From the NCBI GenBank assembly GCA_944331835.1, contig CALVIU010000002.1:1-48515 (forward strand): a stretch of DNA of 48,515 nt. The letters are read 5' to 3'. The notes beneath the pieces were generated by a model. The model did not search any database. It had not been told where the DNA came from and was given only the letters and a program-made list of their open reading frames with translations. The first letter of the stretch is position 1. Every line of letters starts with the position of its first letter. Shown here one piece after another: positions 1-10,348 of the stretch. The position numbers and the translations under genes are program-made. Source of the DNA: an uncultured Bacilli bacterium (lineage in GTDB: Bacteria > Bacillota_I > Bacilli_A > RF39 > UBA660).

Positions 1-15
1 TATAAAATTTGTGAT

Positions 16-44
16 TTGTCATTTTCTTAAATTTGTGATAGAAT
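16..44 (+). promoter_or_regulatory. sigma-A-type promoter
   Basis: TTGTCA (16-21), 17-bp spacer, TG-n-TAGAAT (extended -10, 39-44), upstream of the ORF at 66. Confidence 0.6.
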
Positions 45-65
45 ATAGCCTAAGGTGCAGGGGTT

Positions 66-1769
66 ATGAAAAAAAGTATTTTATTAGATATAGTTAGTAG
101 TTTAATTGTTGTAGTCTTAGTAGTTCTAGGCTTTAAGTTATATGATAATAAAGTTAATGCCGAAGAAAATACTAAAACATATGCTTTATCGACATATAAC
201 ATAGATATACCAAACTTTTCTTATATAAATAGTGTAATTGCTAACAACAAAGTATATATATTATATAATAATGATGACTATTATTTATTAAAAGAAATAG
301 ATAATATAACTAACAAAGAAAATACCTATTCTTACAATATTTCTAGTGTATGTAAATTACAAAACGAAAATAATTATCCTTATATATATTGTTCAAACAA
401 TGATTTTATCAGTATTTATAATACTAGATTTAAAAAAATATTAAATCAAAATATAAATAGCAATTATAATTATGCTATCAACACTAATAGTGAAAATTTA
501 AACTTTAAAATAATTGATAATACCAACAGTTATGAATATATCAATGGATATTATAAACAAACTAACAACGAATATATATCTTTAGATACTCCATATGTTA
601 AAGATGCTTATTGTACTGATAAGTGTTTACTTGTAAGATACAATGATATAACTGAAATGATTTCTTTATATGAAGAATCAGAGTTATTAGAAACCAATAT
701 TGCCGCATATCAAAAATATGAAAATGGTATATATACTTACAATAATAGCAAAATAAAAATATATAATTTTCAAACTGATGAATATAAAGAATTCAATAGC
801 CCAATAAATGACTTATTATCAACAGAATTTACTCTTGGGGCCAATGATTATTACTTATATGTTTTAAATGATAATAAAATTAATGTTTATAATTTGTATA
901 ATTCTGAAAACTTTACAAATATAAATGCTTACAAAGTAGAAGAAGAAATTAAAGACCTAGTGGTAGATAATAATTACATTTATTTATATGGTACTAATAC
1001 TTTATATATTTATGATATTAGTGATATTGAATCAAATTTAGATTCATCTGCAAATTATGAAAATGATTTAATTAAAAGTAAAATAGATTATTATCAAGAA
1101 AATTATAATGTTACTATTAATTTAACTGATAATCCAACATATTTGAGTAGTAACTATAACATAACAACATTAAACAATTATAATGAAATTATTGATGCCC
1201 TAGAAGATTTAGAAAGATATTTTTTGGTATTTAATAAAGAATTTTTCTCGAGATTTTCTAATTATGGCATGGACGGCTTAGAAATCTACTTAGTAGATAG
1301 TATAACCAATAATACTAGAAGTAACATGGGTAATTCTAGTGTAGTTGGTTTATATATTAATAAGAATAATAAATATAATATTGTTATCAGTGTTGATAGT
1401 GAGGAAAATATAACAACAATTGCGTATCATGAAACCATGCATGCTATCGAAGATTATTTACAAGGTCAAGGAGTTACATTTAGTAATTGGAATAATTTAA
1501 ATCCTGATGATTTTACATATTCTAATGTATACTATACTAATCAAACATTTACAGATACTTTAAATAATAATAAATATTCTAATGCCATTTATTTTGTAGA
1601 TAATTATGCTCGTAGTAATGCTTTAGAAGATCGCGCAAGAATGTTTGAGTATTTATGTCAGGGAGAAGATTTTAGTGAATATCGCCATTTAAATAACAAA
1701 ATAAATTATATAAAAAGAACACTTCTAAATAATTTCCCAGAATTATATAGTTCTAGTTATTTTGTTTAA
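66..1769 (+). CDS. membrane-anchored protein with C-terminal putative zinc metallopeptidase domain
   Basis: N-terminal hydrophobic anchor; HETMH (HExxH) followed by YARSNALEDRA, a zincin-like third-ligand motif; Asn/Tyr-rich beta-type N-terminal region. Confidence 0.65.
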   Translation: MKKSILLDIVSSLIVVVLVVLGFKLYDNKVNAEENTKTYALSTYNIDIPNFSYINSVIANNKVYILYNNDDYYLLKEIDNITNKENTYSYNISSVCKLQNENNYPYIYCSNNDFISIYNTRFKKILNQNINSNYNYAINTNSENLNFKIIDNTNSYEYINGYYKQTNNEYISLDTPYVKDAYCTDKCLLVRYNDITEMISLYEESELLETNIAAYQKYENGIYTYNNSKIKIYNFQTDEYKEFNSPINDLLSTEFTLGANDYYLYVLNDNKINVYNLYNSENFTNINAYKVEEEIKDLVVDNNYIYLYGTNTLYIYDISDIESNLDSSANYENDLIKSKIDYYQENYNVTINLTDNPTYLSSNYNITTLNNYNEIIDALEDLERYFLVFNKEFFSRFSNYGMDGLEIYLVDSITNNTRSNMGNSSVVGLYINKNNKYNIVISVDSEENITTIAYHETMHAIEDYLQGQGVTFSNWNNLNPDDFTYSNVYYTNQTFTDTLNNNKYSNAIYFVDNYARSNALEDRARMFEYLCQGEDFSEYRHLNNKINYIKRTLLNNFPELYSSSYFV

Positions 1770-1785
1770 ACATAAATAATTATTA

Positions 1786-2037
1786 GTGATATTTATGTTT
1801 AAAAGAAAGCTTTATGAAAAAGAAAATATTAAGTATTACCGAAGAGGATTTTTAGATGGCATAACATTTACAACAGAATTTTTGAAACACACTAATTATG
1901 ATGAAACATTACTATTTTTAAATAATACTTTAAATAATTTAGATTACTATGCTAAAAAATATCAAATGAATAAACGGGATTTAAAGAAAAATACTGAAGT
2001 ACTAATACGTAATCTTCAGTATTTTTATAATGAATAA
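1786..2037 (+). CDS. hypothetical protein
   Basis: 83-aa ORF (possible ATG start at 1795), no recognised motif. Confidence 0.4.
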   Translation: MIFMFKRKLYEKENIKYYRRGFLDGITFTTEFLKHTNYDETLLFLNNTLNNLDYYAKKYQMNKRDLKKNTEVLIRNLQYFYNE

Positions 2038-2330
2038 CATATATCACTTAAAGTCACATTGAAAAATTTAGCCAACTCATATAAATTAGGTAATGATATT
2101 TTAGTTATTCCTTTTTCCCATCTTACGATACAGGCTTGTGTTACTTTCATTTTATTCGCTAAATAACTTTGTGAATAATTATTTTTTATTCGCAATTTTC
2201 TTATGTTCTCTCCCAATATTTTATAACTAAATTCTTTATTTATATTACATTTCCTATTATTACTTAATCCTAGTACATAATCTATACTATATCCAAAGTA
2301 ATTAGCAAAATTACATAATTGTTCAACACA
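2025..2330 (-). pseudogene. 5'-truncated tandem XRE/Cro-C1 HTH regulator
   Basis: Complete C-terminal HTH (LGENIRKLR...SQSYLA...TQACIVRWEKG...LYELAKFFNV) preceded by only the tail of a first HTH (EQLCNFANYFGYSIDYVLGL); the upstream ORF sequence is merely the antisense of the + strand fragment. Confidence 0.7.
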
Positions 2331-2686
2331 GTGGGAGACCAACGAGTTGGGAAGGGTATGTAGGATTAATGTATCCAAGTGACTTTGGATATGGAGTTTT
2401 GAAAAGTAATTGTAGAAGAAGCACATTTTTAAGTTCATATGATAATCAAAATTGCGTTGGAGAAAATTGGCTTTATGACGAAGGTAATGAATGGACAATT
2501 ACTCCCTCTTCAATAAATAATAATTACGTATTTGCTAGTTTTTTTTATGGCAACTATGGATCTAAGTATTCAACAACAAAATCATATATGAGTAGTGTTG
2601 CCCGTCCTGTCTTGTATCTAGATCCTAATGTCTATGTTCTCGATGGCGATGGCTCAATCTCAGATCCATACATCATAGGGATGTGA
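2330..2686 (+). pseudogene. C-terminal fragment of a surface/exported protein (SGRPTSWEGYVGLMYPSD...EWTITP...RPVLYL...GDGSISDPY)
   Basis: Protein-like frame extends upstream of the called ATG 2369 to about 2330; no N-terminal signal; followed by a terminator. Confidence 0.6.
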
Positions 2687-2702
2687 AAAACATTCCTTTT
2701 TT
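2677..2702 (+). terminator. intrinsic terminator
   Basis: AGGGATGT-GAAAA-ACATTCCT followed by T-run. Confidence 0.65.
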
Positions 2703-2740
2703 ATTGTTTCTATGGTAAAATAAGGGTGGAGTTGAGAATT

Positions 2741-4159
2741 ATGAAAGTTAGAACGCGTTATGCACCTAGTCCAACTGGGTATATGCACATTGGAAATTTA
2801 AGAACAGCAATATTTGAATATTTGCTAGCTAGAAAATATGATGGATCATTTATTCTTCGTATTGAAGATACTGATCAAGAACGTCAAGTCGAGGGTGCAA
2901 TTGATTTTATCTATAAAACTTTGGAACTATGTAACATTACTATTGATGAAGGACCAAATAATGATAAAGGATATGGACCATATATTCAAAGTGAACGTAA
3001 AGACATTTACAAAAAATATGCCGAAGAATTAGTAGAAAAGGGTAAAGCCTATTATTGTTTTTGTAGCGAAGAAGAACTAACAGCGATGCGTGAAAGAGCA
3101 AATGCTCGCAAAAAACCATTTTTATATGATGGCAGATGTTCTCGTTTAAGCAAAGAAAAAATCGCTGAAAATTTAGCTAATGGTGTTCCATACGTTATTA
3201 GACAAAAGATGCCTAAGACAGGAGTTACCATAGTTGATGATATTCTTTATGGTAAAATAAAAATTGATAATAGCATTTTAGATGACCAAATTCTTCTAAA
3301 AAGTGATGGCTTTCCAACTTATAATTTTGCTAATGTAATTGATGACCATCTTATGGAAATTACCCATGTAATTCGTGGTAAAGAATACTTAGATCAAACT
3401 GCAAAATATAATTTATTATATGAAGCATTCGGCTGGGAAAAACCAATTTATGCTCATGTTGCCATGGTTTTAGGTGAAGATGGTAATAAATTATCTAAAC
3501 GTAATGGTGATGCCTCATTTATGGATCTTTATAATACTGGATATTTGCCAGAAGCAATTGTTAACTATTTGAGTTTACTTGGCTGGAGTCCAACTAATAA
3601 TCAAGAAATATTTAGCATAGATGAATTAATTCAAAACTTTGATGAAACAAGAATTAGTAAATCATCAAGTCAATATGATGTAAAGAAACTTAGATGGTTT
3701 AATGCACAATATATTAAAAAAATGCCAGATGAAGAATATTTAACTTGGGTACGTAAATATTTTACCAGAGATGTATCAAATAAAACTGAAGAATGGATAG
3801 ATAAATTATTGCTTATATATAAAGATCATTTAAATTATGGAGAAGAAATAAATGAACTTACAGCTAACTTCTTTGTTGATAATATTTCACTTGATGATGA
3901 AGCAAAAGAATTTATGAAAAGTGATTCAATTACTAAAGATGTAACTGATTGTTTCTGTAAAGAAATAGAAAATATTACTGATTGGAATGTTGATGCTATC
4001 AATAATGCCATTAATAATGTCAAAAATACTTTAGGGGTGAAAGGAAAATTACTATATATGCCAATTCGTATTAAAGCAAGTGGGTTTATGCATGGACCAG
4101 AACTTGCCGATACAATTTATTTAATTGGTAAAGATACGGTAATAGCAAGATTAAAATGA
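2741..4159 (+). CDS. gltX: glutamate--tRNA ligase
   Basis: RTRYAPSPTGYMHIGN (HIGH), KLSKR (KMSKS-like), C-terminal anticodon-binding region; ATG 2741 preferred over GTG 2726. Confidence 0.97.
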   Translation: MKVRTRYAPSPTGYMHIGNLRTAIFEYLLARKYDGSFILRIEDTDQERQVEGAIDFIYKTLELCNITIDEGPNNDKGYGPYIQSERKDIYKKYAEELVEKGKAYYCFCSEEELTAMRERANARKKPFLYDGRCSRLSKEKIAENLANGVPYVIRQKMPKTGVTIVDDILYGKIKIDNSILDDQILLKSDGFPTYNFANVIDDHLMEITHVIRGKEYLDQTAKYNLLYEAFGWEKPIYAHVAMVLGEDGNKLSKRNGDASFMDLYNTGYLPEAIVNYLSLLGWSPTNNQEIFSIDELIQNFDETRISKSSSQYDVKKLRWFNAQYIKKMPDEEYLTWVRKYFTRDVSNKTEEWIDKLLLIYKDHLNYGEEINELTANFFVDNISLDDEAKEFMKSDSITKDVTDCFCKEIENITDWNVDAINNAINNVKNTLGVKGKLLYMPIRIKASGFMHGPELADTIYLIGKDTVIARLK

Positions 4160-4557
4160 AAAAAGCGATAAGAATAATAACGGGGTTAATAATTGTTGGT
4201 TTATTAGTATTTGGAGTTTATAAAATATTTATTGATTGTGAAAGAACGAATACTTTTTACGATAAATATTTTACATTAGATGAAATGGATTATGCGGTTA
4301 TTGAAGATGAACTAATAGTTAAGTTATTAGATATTAAAGATGATCGTTGCTTAGAAGAGAGTTGTGAACGTGAAGGTCAATTCTTAGTTAGATTAGTTGT
4401 GTTAAATGATGCTAAATTTGCATATGTTGAATTAGGAACATTGGAACCAGTATCTGTTAAATTAGATGAGATAAGTTTAGAATACACTCTTAATTTAATA
4501 AGAGTAGATGATAGCGGTGCTACTTTAACTGTTACTCCAAATGAAGAAGAGGAATAG
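4156..4557 (+). CDS. hypothetical membrane-anchored protein
   Basis: N-terminal TM helix; DDRCLEESCEREG cysteine pair; ATGA overlap with gltX. Confidence 0.7.
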   Translation: MKKAIRIITGLIIVGLLVFGVYKIFIDCERTNTFYDKYFTLDEMDYAVIEDELIVKLLDIKDDRCLEESCEREGQFLVRLVVLNDAKFAYVELGTLEPVSVKLDEISLEYTLNLIRVDDSGATLTVTPNEEEE

Positions 4558-4564
4558 GTGGATT

Positions 4565-5953
4565 ATGAAAATATATAATACGTTATCAAGGCAAGTGGAA
4601 GAATTCGTGCCTTGGAATAAAGATGAAGTAACATTTTATACTTGTGGTCCAACTGTTTATCACTATGCTCACATTGGGAACATGCGCAATTATATCGGCC
4701 ACGATATTTTAGATAAAACACTAAGATATTTAGGTTACAATGTCAAAAGAGTTATGAACATCACAGATGTTGGACACTTAACTAGTGATTCCGATTCCGG
4801 TGATGATAAAATGGTTAGTAGTGCCAAGAAAGAAAATAAAACAGTTATGGACATTGCTAAGTTTTATACTGATGCTTTTTTCCGTGATTTTGAACTTCTT
4901 AATAATAGAATGCCTGATATAGTTAGTCCTGCAACTGCTAATATTGATGAATATATCAAAATAATTACCAAATTATTAGAAACTGGATATGCTTATAAAT
5001 CCGGAGGAAATATTTATTTTGATACTACTAAGTTAGATGATTATTATCAACTAACTAACCATAAAGCTGACGAAATGGTCGTGGGGGTACGTGAAGGTGT
5101 CGAAGAAGATCAATCGAAGAAAAACCAAAATGACTTTGTTTTATGGTTTACTAAATCTAAATTTGATTCTCAAGAGTTAAAATGGGATAGTCCATGGGGA
5201 CTAGGTTATCCCGGTTGGCATATTGAATGTACGGGAATAAGCATTAAATACTTAGGAGAATACTTAGATATTCATGGTGGTGGAGTAGATAACATTTTTC
5301 CACATCACACTAATGAAATTGCTCAAAGTGAATCATATTTAGGTCATAAATGGTGCAACTATTGGTTCCATAATGAACATTTAAATGATGAATCTGGCAA
5401 AATGAGTAAAAGCCATGGTGCTATTCTTACAGTTAGTGTCCTAAAAGAAAAGGGATATAATCCACTATCTTTCAGATATATGTGCTTACTTAGTCACTAT
5501 CGTCGTCAATTAGTATTTTCTTACCCCTCACTAGATGGGGCTGAAAATGCTTACAAGAAACTTTTAGGTCGTACTAGTGCTTTAAAGTTCGGTGAAAATG
5601 TTGATGAAAAAGCCTATAGCGAATGGGATAATAAATTCAAAAGTTGCCTTGAAGATGATTTAAATACTGCTAATGCTCTAACAACACTTTATGATTTATT
5701 GAAAAGTGATTTAAATGACGATACAAAATATCATTTAGTAAGTAGTTGGGATGAAGTATTAAGTTTAGACTTATTAAAAAAAGAAACAGTAAAACACGAA
5801 AAAGAAGATTATATTTTACAAAAGATTCAAGAAAGAAATGAAGCCAAGAAAAACAAAGATTATGCTACTGCTGATGCTATTCGAGAAGAATTATTGAACA
5901 TGGGAGTTATTTTAAAAGATACTCGGGAAGGAACAACCTACGAATTAAAATAA
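4565..5953 (+). CDS. cysS: cysteine--tRNA ligase
   Basis: YTCGPTVY, HIGN, PGWHIEC, DIHGGG, KMSKS; ATG 4565 with AGGTGG RBS. Confidence 0.97.
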   Translation: MKIYNTLSRQVEEFVPWNKDEVTFYTCGPTVYHYAHIGNMRNYIGHDILDKTLRYLGYNVKRVMNITDVGHLTSDSDSGDDKMVSSAKKENKTVMDIAKFYTDAFFRDFELLNNRMPDIVSPATANIDEYIKIITKLLETGYAYKSGGNIYFDTTKLDDYYQLTNHKADEMVVGVREGVEEDQSKKNQNDFVLWFTKSKFDSQELKWDSPWGLGYPGWHIECTGISIKYLGEYLDIHGGGVDNIFPHHTNEIAQSESYLGHKWCNYWFHNEHLNDESGKMSKSHGAILTVSVLKEKGYNPLSFRYMCLLSHYRRQLVFSYPSLDGAENAYKKLLGRTSALKFGENVDEKAYSEWDNKFKSCLEDDLNTANALTTLYDLLKSDLNDDTKYHLVSSWDEVLSLDLLKKETVKHEKEDYILQKIQERNEAKKNKDYATADAIREELLNMGVILKDTREGTTYELK

Positions 5954-7134
5954 TGAAGAAATTAGCATATTTAATAATTCTTCTTCTTTTTGTTCCTACC
6001 ATTGTTTTTGCATCTAGTTTTGATATTACCGCCGATAAAGTAATCCTTTACAATTTAAATGATGATACTATCCTTTATGAACAAAATAGTAATGAACAAA
6101 CAAACATTGCTAGTCTAACTAAGATTATGACTGCTCTTGTTGCTATTGAAAATATTGATGATTATGATGAGTATGTGACCATAACTGCTAAGGATTTTGA
6201 AGGGACTAATGGATACTCGAAAGCGGGATTTAGCATCGGAGACCAAGTTACTTATCGTGATTTACTTTATGGCATATTACTTCCTAGTGGGGCAGATGCC
6301 GTTAATGCTATTGTCAATAATACTTTAGGTTATGATGCTTTTATTGATGCCATGAATAATAAAGCCCAAGAAATTGGCCTTGAAAATACATCTTTTTCTA
6401 ATCCTGTTGGTAAAGATGCTACTGATAATTATTCAACTGCTAGTGATATAGCCAAGTTACTGAAGTATGCTCTGCAAAATGAATTGTTTAAAGAGATATT
6501 TACTACTAAAGAATACATTACATCTAATGGTATAAATTTAGAATGTACTTTATATCCTTATAAAGATATTTTAGATATCGATATGATTGATGGCTCAAAA
6601 AGTGGCTTTACTCGGGGGGCAGGTCGTTGTCTTGCCTCAATTACCACATTAAATGGTGTAGATTACTTATTAGTTGTAATTCATTCAACAACTGATCAAA
6701 ATTATAGTGCAGTATTAGATTCAATAACTATTTATGATTATTATAATGATAATTATAGTTATCAAACAATTTTAACAACTAATGATGTTATCAAAACTAT
6801 TCCTGTTAAATGGAGTAAAGTGAGTACATATAATATAACTAGTCCGGAAAATGTCGAACTATATTTAGAAAATAATACATCTGATGACTTAGTAATAAAC
6901 TATGAAGGGGTTACTGAAATAAAAGAATTTACTAAAAAAGGAACTAAACTTGGAACAATTACCATATCTGATGGCAATGAAATATTATATACCGCTGATG
7001 TAACATTAGATTATGATATTTCTTATTATAACCCTTTTGTTTTTGGTGCAGGTATATTAATTGGCTTATTTATTTTATTTATAATATTTAAAAGTATTAA
7101 GAGAAAAAGAAGACGTCGTAGAAAGAGAAGATAG
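5953..7134 (+). CDS. D-alanyl-D-alanine carboxypeptidase (peptidase S11)
   Basis: Signal peptide, ASLTK (SxxK), PSGAD, KSG motif, C-terminal TM helix and basic tail. Confidence 0.9.
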   Translation: MKKLAYLIILLLFVPTIVFASSFDITADKVILYNLNDDTILYEQNSNEQTNIASLTKIMTALVAIENIDDYDEYVTITAKDFEGTNGYSKAGFSIGDQVTYRDLLYGILLPSGADAVNAIVNNTLGYDAFIDAMNNKAQEIGLENTSFSNPVGKDATDNYSTASDIAKLLKYALQNELFKEIFTTKEYITSNGINLECTLYPYKDILDIDMIDGSKSGFTRGAGRCLASITTLNGVDYLLVVIHSTTDQNYSAVLDSITIYDYYNDNYSYQTILTTNDVIKTIPVKWSKVSTYNITSPENVELYLENNTSDDLVINYEGVTEIKEFTKKGTKLGTITISDGNEILYTADVTLDYDISYYNPFVFGAGILIGLFILFIIFKSIKRKRRRRRKRR

Positions 7135-7203
7135 TGTAAAGTAATTTACAAATAATATCTTTTCTTTTTTTCTTATTGTATAATATTAAAAAGGAGAAAT
7201 TTT

Positions 7204-7905
7204 ATGGTAAAAATAAATCATTTAGGAATTATTGTCGACGGTAATGGTCGCTGGGCAAAAGAAAAGGGATTGTCTAGAAGTGAAGGCCATAAAGCAGGAG
7301 CTGAAGCATTAAGAAAGCTTATTTTATACTTATCTCATGAAAAACTAGTTAATTATTTAAGTCTTTATGTTTTCTCCACTGAAAATTTTGCTAGACCTGA
7401 AGAAGAAGTTAATTATCTAATGGACCTTTTCTTAAAATGGTTTACAACTGTTAAGAAAGAATATCGTAAAGAAAATATCAAGATATATTTTTCCGGACGT
7501 AAAGAATATTTAAAGCCGAATATAATCGAAGCCATGGATACTTTAGAACGTGAAACAGAAAATAATGATGGGCTAGTTGTTAACTTTTGTTTAAGTTATG
7601 GAGGACGAGCTGAAATAATTGATGCCACTAAAACAATAGTAAAAAAAGTCCAAAATAATGAAATATCATTTGATGATATCAATGAAAATTTATTTAACAA
7701 AAATTTATATCATAATCTTCCTGATGTTGATTTTCTAATTCGCACCAGTGGTGAACAAAGGATTAGTAATTTTATGCTTTGGCAAATTTCTTATGCTGAA
7801 CTATATTTTCCTAAAGTTTACTTCCCAGACTTTGATCCAGATGAGTTAGAAAAAGCATTCCAAGAATATGAAAGTAGAGATCGTCGTTTTGGTAAGGTTA
7901 AATAA
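7204..7905 (+). CDS. uppS: undecaprenyl diphosphate synthase
   Basis: HLGIIVDGNGRWA, FSTEN, YGGRAEI, IRTSGEQRISNF, RRFG. Confidence 0.96.
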   Translation: MVKINHLGIIVDGNGRWAKEKGLSRSEGHKAGAEALRKLILYLSHEKLVNYLSLYVFSTENFARPEEEVNYLMDLFLKWFTTVKKEYRKENIKIYFSGRKEYLKPNIIEAMDTLERETENNDGLVVNFCLSYGGRAEIIDATKTIVKKVQNNEISFDDINENLFNKNLYHNLPDVDFLIRTSGEQRISNFMLWQISYAELYFPKVYFPDFDPDELEKAFQEYESRDRRFGKVK

Positions 7906-7907
7906 TT

Positions 7908-8333
7908 ATGAATTTATATAGTAAAATGTTAAATATTCAAAACATAGATACTGAAGATTTAATAAAATCTGCAATTAGTGAAGTAAAAAATGAATTACAG
8001 GGTTTATCTCCGGAAAGAATGTGTTTTGTTTTCAGTAGTTATTTATATAATGCCCTTTTAAAAAGACATTTATTAGTCCATATAGTTGATACTCATGATT
8101 TAGGTACTAGTTATCAACATCGTTTTGTTATTATTTATAACGGAATTAATTACTATCTTTGTGATTTAACTTATTCAATGTTTCAAAACTCTTTGTTTCC
8201 TGAATTATTAAGCAATGGATATATGAAATGTGATAGTAATTCGTTAAAAAGTTATTTAGAAATTATCACTAGAGAAGATGTCGATTTAAGTATAGACGAA
8301 GTATTTAATACAAATAATAACTTAGGAAGGTGA
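7908..8333 (+). CDS. hypothetical protein, possible papain/transglutaminase-like fold
   Basis: Cys (RMCFVFS), His (QHRFV) and Asp (LCDLTY) in catalytic-triad order. Confidence 0.55.
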   Translation: MNLYSKMLNIQNIDTEDLIKSAISEVKNELQGLSPERMCFVFSSYLYNALLKRHLLVHIVDTHDLGTSYQHRFVIIYNGINYYLCDLTYSMFQNSLFPELLSNGYMKCDSNSLKSYLEIITREDVDLSIDEVFNTNNNLGR

Positions 8334-8337
8334 ATAG

Positions 8338-9231
8338 ATGAATAAAGTTGTAATAATTGGTTGTGGCAATGTTGGTATGAGTTATGCTTATGCTCTAGTT
8401 AATCAAAAGTGCAATGTTGATGAATTGGTTTTAATAGATATTAATAAAGAAAAAGCTAGTGGAGAAGCCGATGATTTAAATCATAGTATCCCGTATTCTC
8501 TCAATAATATGACGATTAAAGCTGGAGATTACCTAGATTGTAAAGATGCATCTATCGTTATGATTGCTGCGGGAGCTAATCAAAATGTCGGAGAATCTCG
8601 CCTTGATTTAATTCACAAAAATACAAATATTTTTAAAAGTATTATTGATAATGTTATGGCTTCTGGATTTAATAATATATTTTTGATAGCTACTAACCCA
8701 GTTGATGCTATGAGTTATATAACTTATAAACATTCTCATTTATCTGCCTCTAAAATAATTGGTACAGGAACAAGTTTAGATACAGCAAGACTACGCTATC
8801 TTTTATCACGTAAATTTGAAATATCACCAAAAAATGTCCACGCCTATGTTTTAGGAGAACATGGCGATTCTGAGTTTGTCGCTTGGAGTAGCGCTATGAT
8901 TGGTTCTGTTAAAATTGATACTATGTTAAACCAAAAAGAAAAAGATGCCATCAGTGAAGAAGTTAGAAACTCTGCTTATGAGATAATTAAGAAAAAAGGT
9001 AATACTTCCTATGGTATTGGTATGTGCCTAGTTCGTATTACTAATGCCATCTTAAATGATGAAAATGCTATCATTACAGTCTCAGCTTTAGACAAGGATG
9101 CATACATTAGTAGCCCTTGTATTATCAATAAACAAGGTATTAAAAGGAGATTAAAAATCGACTTAACTGAAGAAGAACAAGAACTTTACGATAAATCCAA
9201 AGATATAATTAAAAATTCTTTAAAACGTTAA
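8338..9231 (+). CDS. ldh: L-lactate dehydrogenase
   Basis: GCGNVG, AGANQNVGESRLDL, ATNPVD, LDTARLR, GEHGDSE. Confidence 0.95.
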   Translation: MNKVVIIGCGNVGMSYAYALVNQKCNVDELVLIDINKEKASGEADDLNHSIPYSLNNMTIKAGDYLDCKDASIVMIAAGANQNVGESRLDLIHKNTNIFKSIIDNVMASGFNNIFLIATNPVDAMSYITYKHSHLSASKIIGTGTSLDTARLRYLLSRKFEISPKNVHAYVLGEHGDSEFVAWSSAMIGSVKIDTMLNQKEKDAISEEVRNSAYEIIKKKGNTSYGIGMCLVRITNAILNDENAIITVSALDKDAYISSPCIINKQGIKRRLKIDLTEEEQELYDKSKDIIKNSLKR

Positions 9232-9238
9232 TTAAATG

Positions 9239-9272
9239 ACTATTGATGTAAATAATTATGTCAATAGTTTTT
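9239..9272 (+). terminator. intrinsic terminator after ldh
   Basis: ACTATTGATGTAA / TTATGTCAATAGT stem followed by T-run. Confidence 0.65.
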
Positions 9273-9302
9273 ATTTTGTAGTAAAATGTAAATGGAGGAT
9301 AT

Positions 9303-10343
9303 ATGAAAGTAAGTGTAATTGTACCTGTATATAATAGTGAATTATATTTAAAGGATTGCCTTGATTCTTTAGTTAATCAAACATTAAAAGATTTAGAAAT
9401 AATTATTGTCGATGATGCTTCAACTGATAAAAGTTTAAAAATCATTATGGAATATAAAAACAAATATCCTAATATAATAAAAGTATTTCAAAATGAACAA
9501 AATAAAGGACAAGGAGCTAGTAGAAATGTTGGTCTTTCTTTAGCAACTGGTGAATATATAGGGTTTTTAGATAGTGATGATTATGTTATTCCAACAATGT
9601 ATGAAGAACTTTATGCCGCTACTAAAAAATATGATAATCCGGATGTTGTATCAACTAGACTTACTTTTGTTAAAGATAACGGTTTTTTAGGAAAAACATT
9701 TGAACCATACTCTAATGAGTCTTGCTATAGTCCTTTGAAAAATCCGGAACTAGTACTAGATGAATCACCTTCGGTTTGTAATAAAATATTTAAGAAAGAT
9801 TCTATTAGCAATAATTTCTTAGAAAATTGTATGTGGGAAGATGTTGCTTTTACTTATGCCAGTTTATTTAATGCTAATAGAATTGTTCATCTTAATAATA
9901 TGGGGTATTATTATCGTAAAAGTGCTACCTCCGGAGTATCGGCGAAAGGTTTCAAATATAATCCAAATTTATTAGATACATTTAAAGTTGCTGATAGATT
10001 AGAAAATGATACATTAAAAACTGGACGTTTTGAAAAGTTAAAAGAAAGTATTAGATATATGCAGATAGTAACAACTCTCCAAAGAGTAGCAGAAGTACTT
10101 AATTGGGACGAACCAGAGGATAGGAAAGAAGCATTAATATATGCTATGCATAGGTTAATAATTTGTAATTATGGTGACTGGCGAAACATGGATTTAGCTT
10201 CCCTTTCTATGCGGGTAGGAATCCTTGAATTAGATAAAATAAGAAGTATTGTAGAAAAATATGAAGCAAAATTGGTAGAACCTAACTTAGAGATGCCGTT
10301 CTTACTTTCTGATGAACCAAATAATTTTCCACCCAAAAGATAA
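9303..10343 (+). CDS. glycosyltransferase family 2
   Basis: VSVIVPVYN, VDDASTD, SRNVG, FLDSDD, WED. Confidence 0.9.
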   Translation: MKVSVIVPVYNSELYLKDCLDSLVNQTLKDLEIIIVDDASTDKSLKIIMEYKNKYPNIIKVFQNEQNKGQGASRNVGLSLATGEYIGFLDSDDYVIPTMYEELYAATKKYDNPDVVSTRLTFVKDNGFLGKTFEPYSNESCYSPLKNPELVLDESPSVCNKIFKKDSISNNFLENCMWEDVAFTYASLFNANRIVHLNNMGYYYRKSATSGVSAKGFKYNPNLLDTFKVADRLENDTLKTGRFEKLKESIRYMQIVTTLQRVAEVLNWDEPEDRKEALIYAMHRLIICNYGDWRNMDLASLSMRVGILELDKIRSIVEKYEAKLVEPNLEMPFLLSDEPNNFPPKR

Positions 10344-10348
10344 AACAC

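Noticed and set aside
5-39. AAATTTGTGAT direct repeat (5-15, 29-39)
   Set aside because: Short, AT-rich and at the window edge; could be chance
2331-2498. N-terminal part of the 157-aa minus-strand ORF
   Set aside because: It is the antisense of the plus-strand fragment and shows no HTH similarity
2330-2686. Possible DGR variable region in the lectin-like C-terminal fragment
   Set aside because: No template repeat differing at adenines and no reverse transcriptase in this window; cannot be excluded elsewhere in the genome
7096-7134. Poly-Arg/Lys tail of the DD-carboxypeptidase as a special signal
   Set aside because: Ordinary positive-inside stop-transfer sequence after a C-terminal TM anchor
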